From Chiloscyllium plagiosum (lineage: Eukaryota), in the NCBI RefSeq assembly GCF_004010195.1, contig NC_057750.1, forward strand, positions 10,140,182-10,172,767: a stretch of 32,586 bases of DNA, given 5' to 3'. The position numbers were made by a program, and so were the translations under genes. Within the stretch, counting starts at the first letter, position 1. The number at the start of each line of letters is the position of its first letter. Positions 32,390-32,586 of the stretch are shown one piece after another. The notes beneath the pieces are model-generated. The model did no database searches. It was not told where the DNA came from and saw only the letters and a program-made list of their open reading frames with translations.

Positions 32390-32586
32390 GTAGTATGCGG
32401 AGGTGTTAGGGATGTTTGGGGTTGTATAACTGGGTAGAGTGGAGTGGTTGGGGTATTGTGATGAGATGGCATAGTTGGGGGTAAGGTGAGGTTTTTGGTG
32501 TGGGATTGGTTTTGTGCAGTTTGGGGAGGAGGAAATTGATGGATGGGACAGTTGGGTAAGATGGTGTTTGGGGTGGGATTGGAGTT

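Overview
Vertebrate nuclear DNA. The repeat content (HE1-like V-SINEs, HER1/CR1 LINE tails, Deu-type SINEs) points to a cartilaginous fish, most likely a shark; this is inference. Three conserved genes can be reconstructed by hand with consistent splice phases. (1) GEMIN7 (+): single coding exon 556-927, 123 aa. (2) YIF1B (+): 8 coding exons 10824-22888, 900 nt, 299 aa, with a CpG-rich promoter and a ~1 kb structured minisatellite in intron 1. (3) ACTMAP/C19orf54 (-): 6 coding exons 31546-26121, 981 nt, 326 aa; its intron 27452-28616 is a U12-type (minor spliceosome) intron. The rest is dense with nested retroelement debris. The most notable non-genic signals are: several families of short Penelope-like terminal repeats, often fold-back, carrying decayed minimal hammerhead-ribozyme cores (CUGAnGA-A-stem II-GAAAC-GUH); a tRNA-Phe(GAA) pseudogene split by a short SINE that duplicated the anticodon arm; a clean 637-bp solo LTR with a 4-bp TSD; and a six-unit tandem array of LINE 3' tails just upstream of the YIF1B promoter. 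There is no CRISPR or prokaryotic system, and the long ORFs at 10.9-12.1 kb are minisatellite artefacts. Repeat boundaries are approximate, and family names come from pattern recognition, not from a database search.
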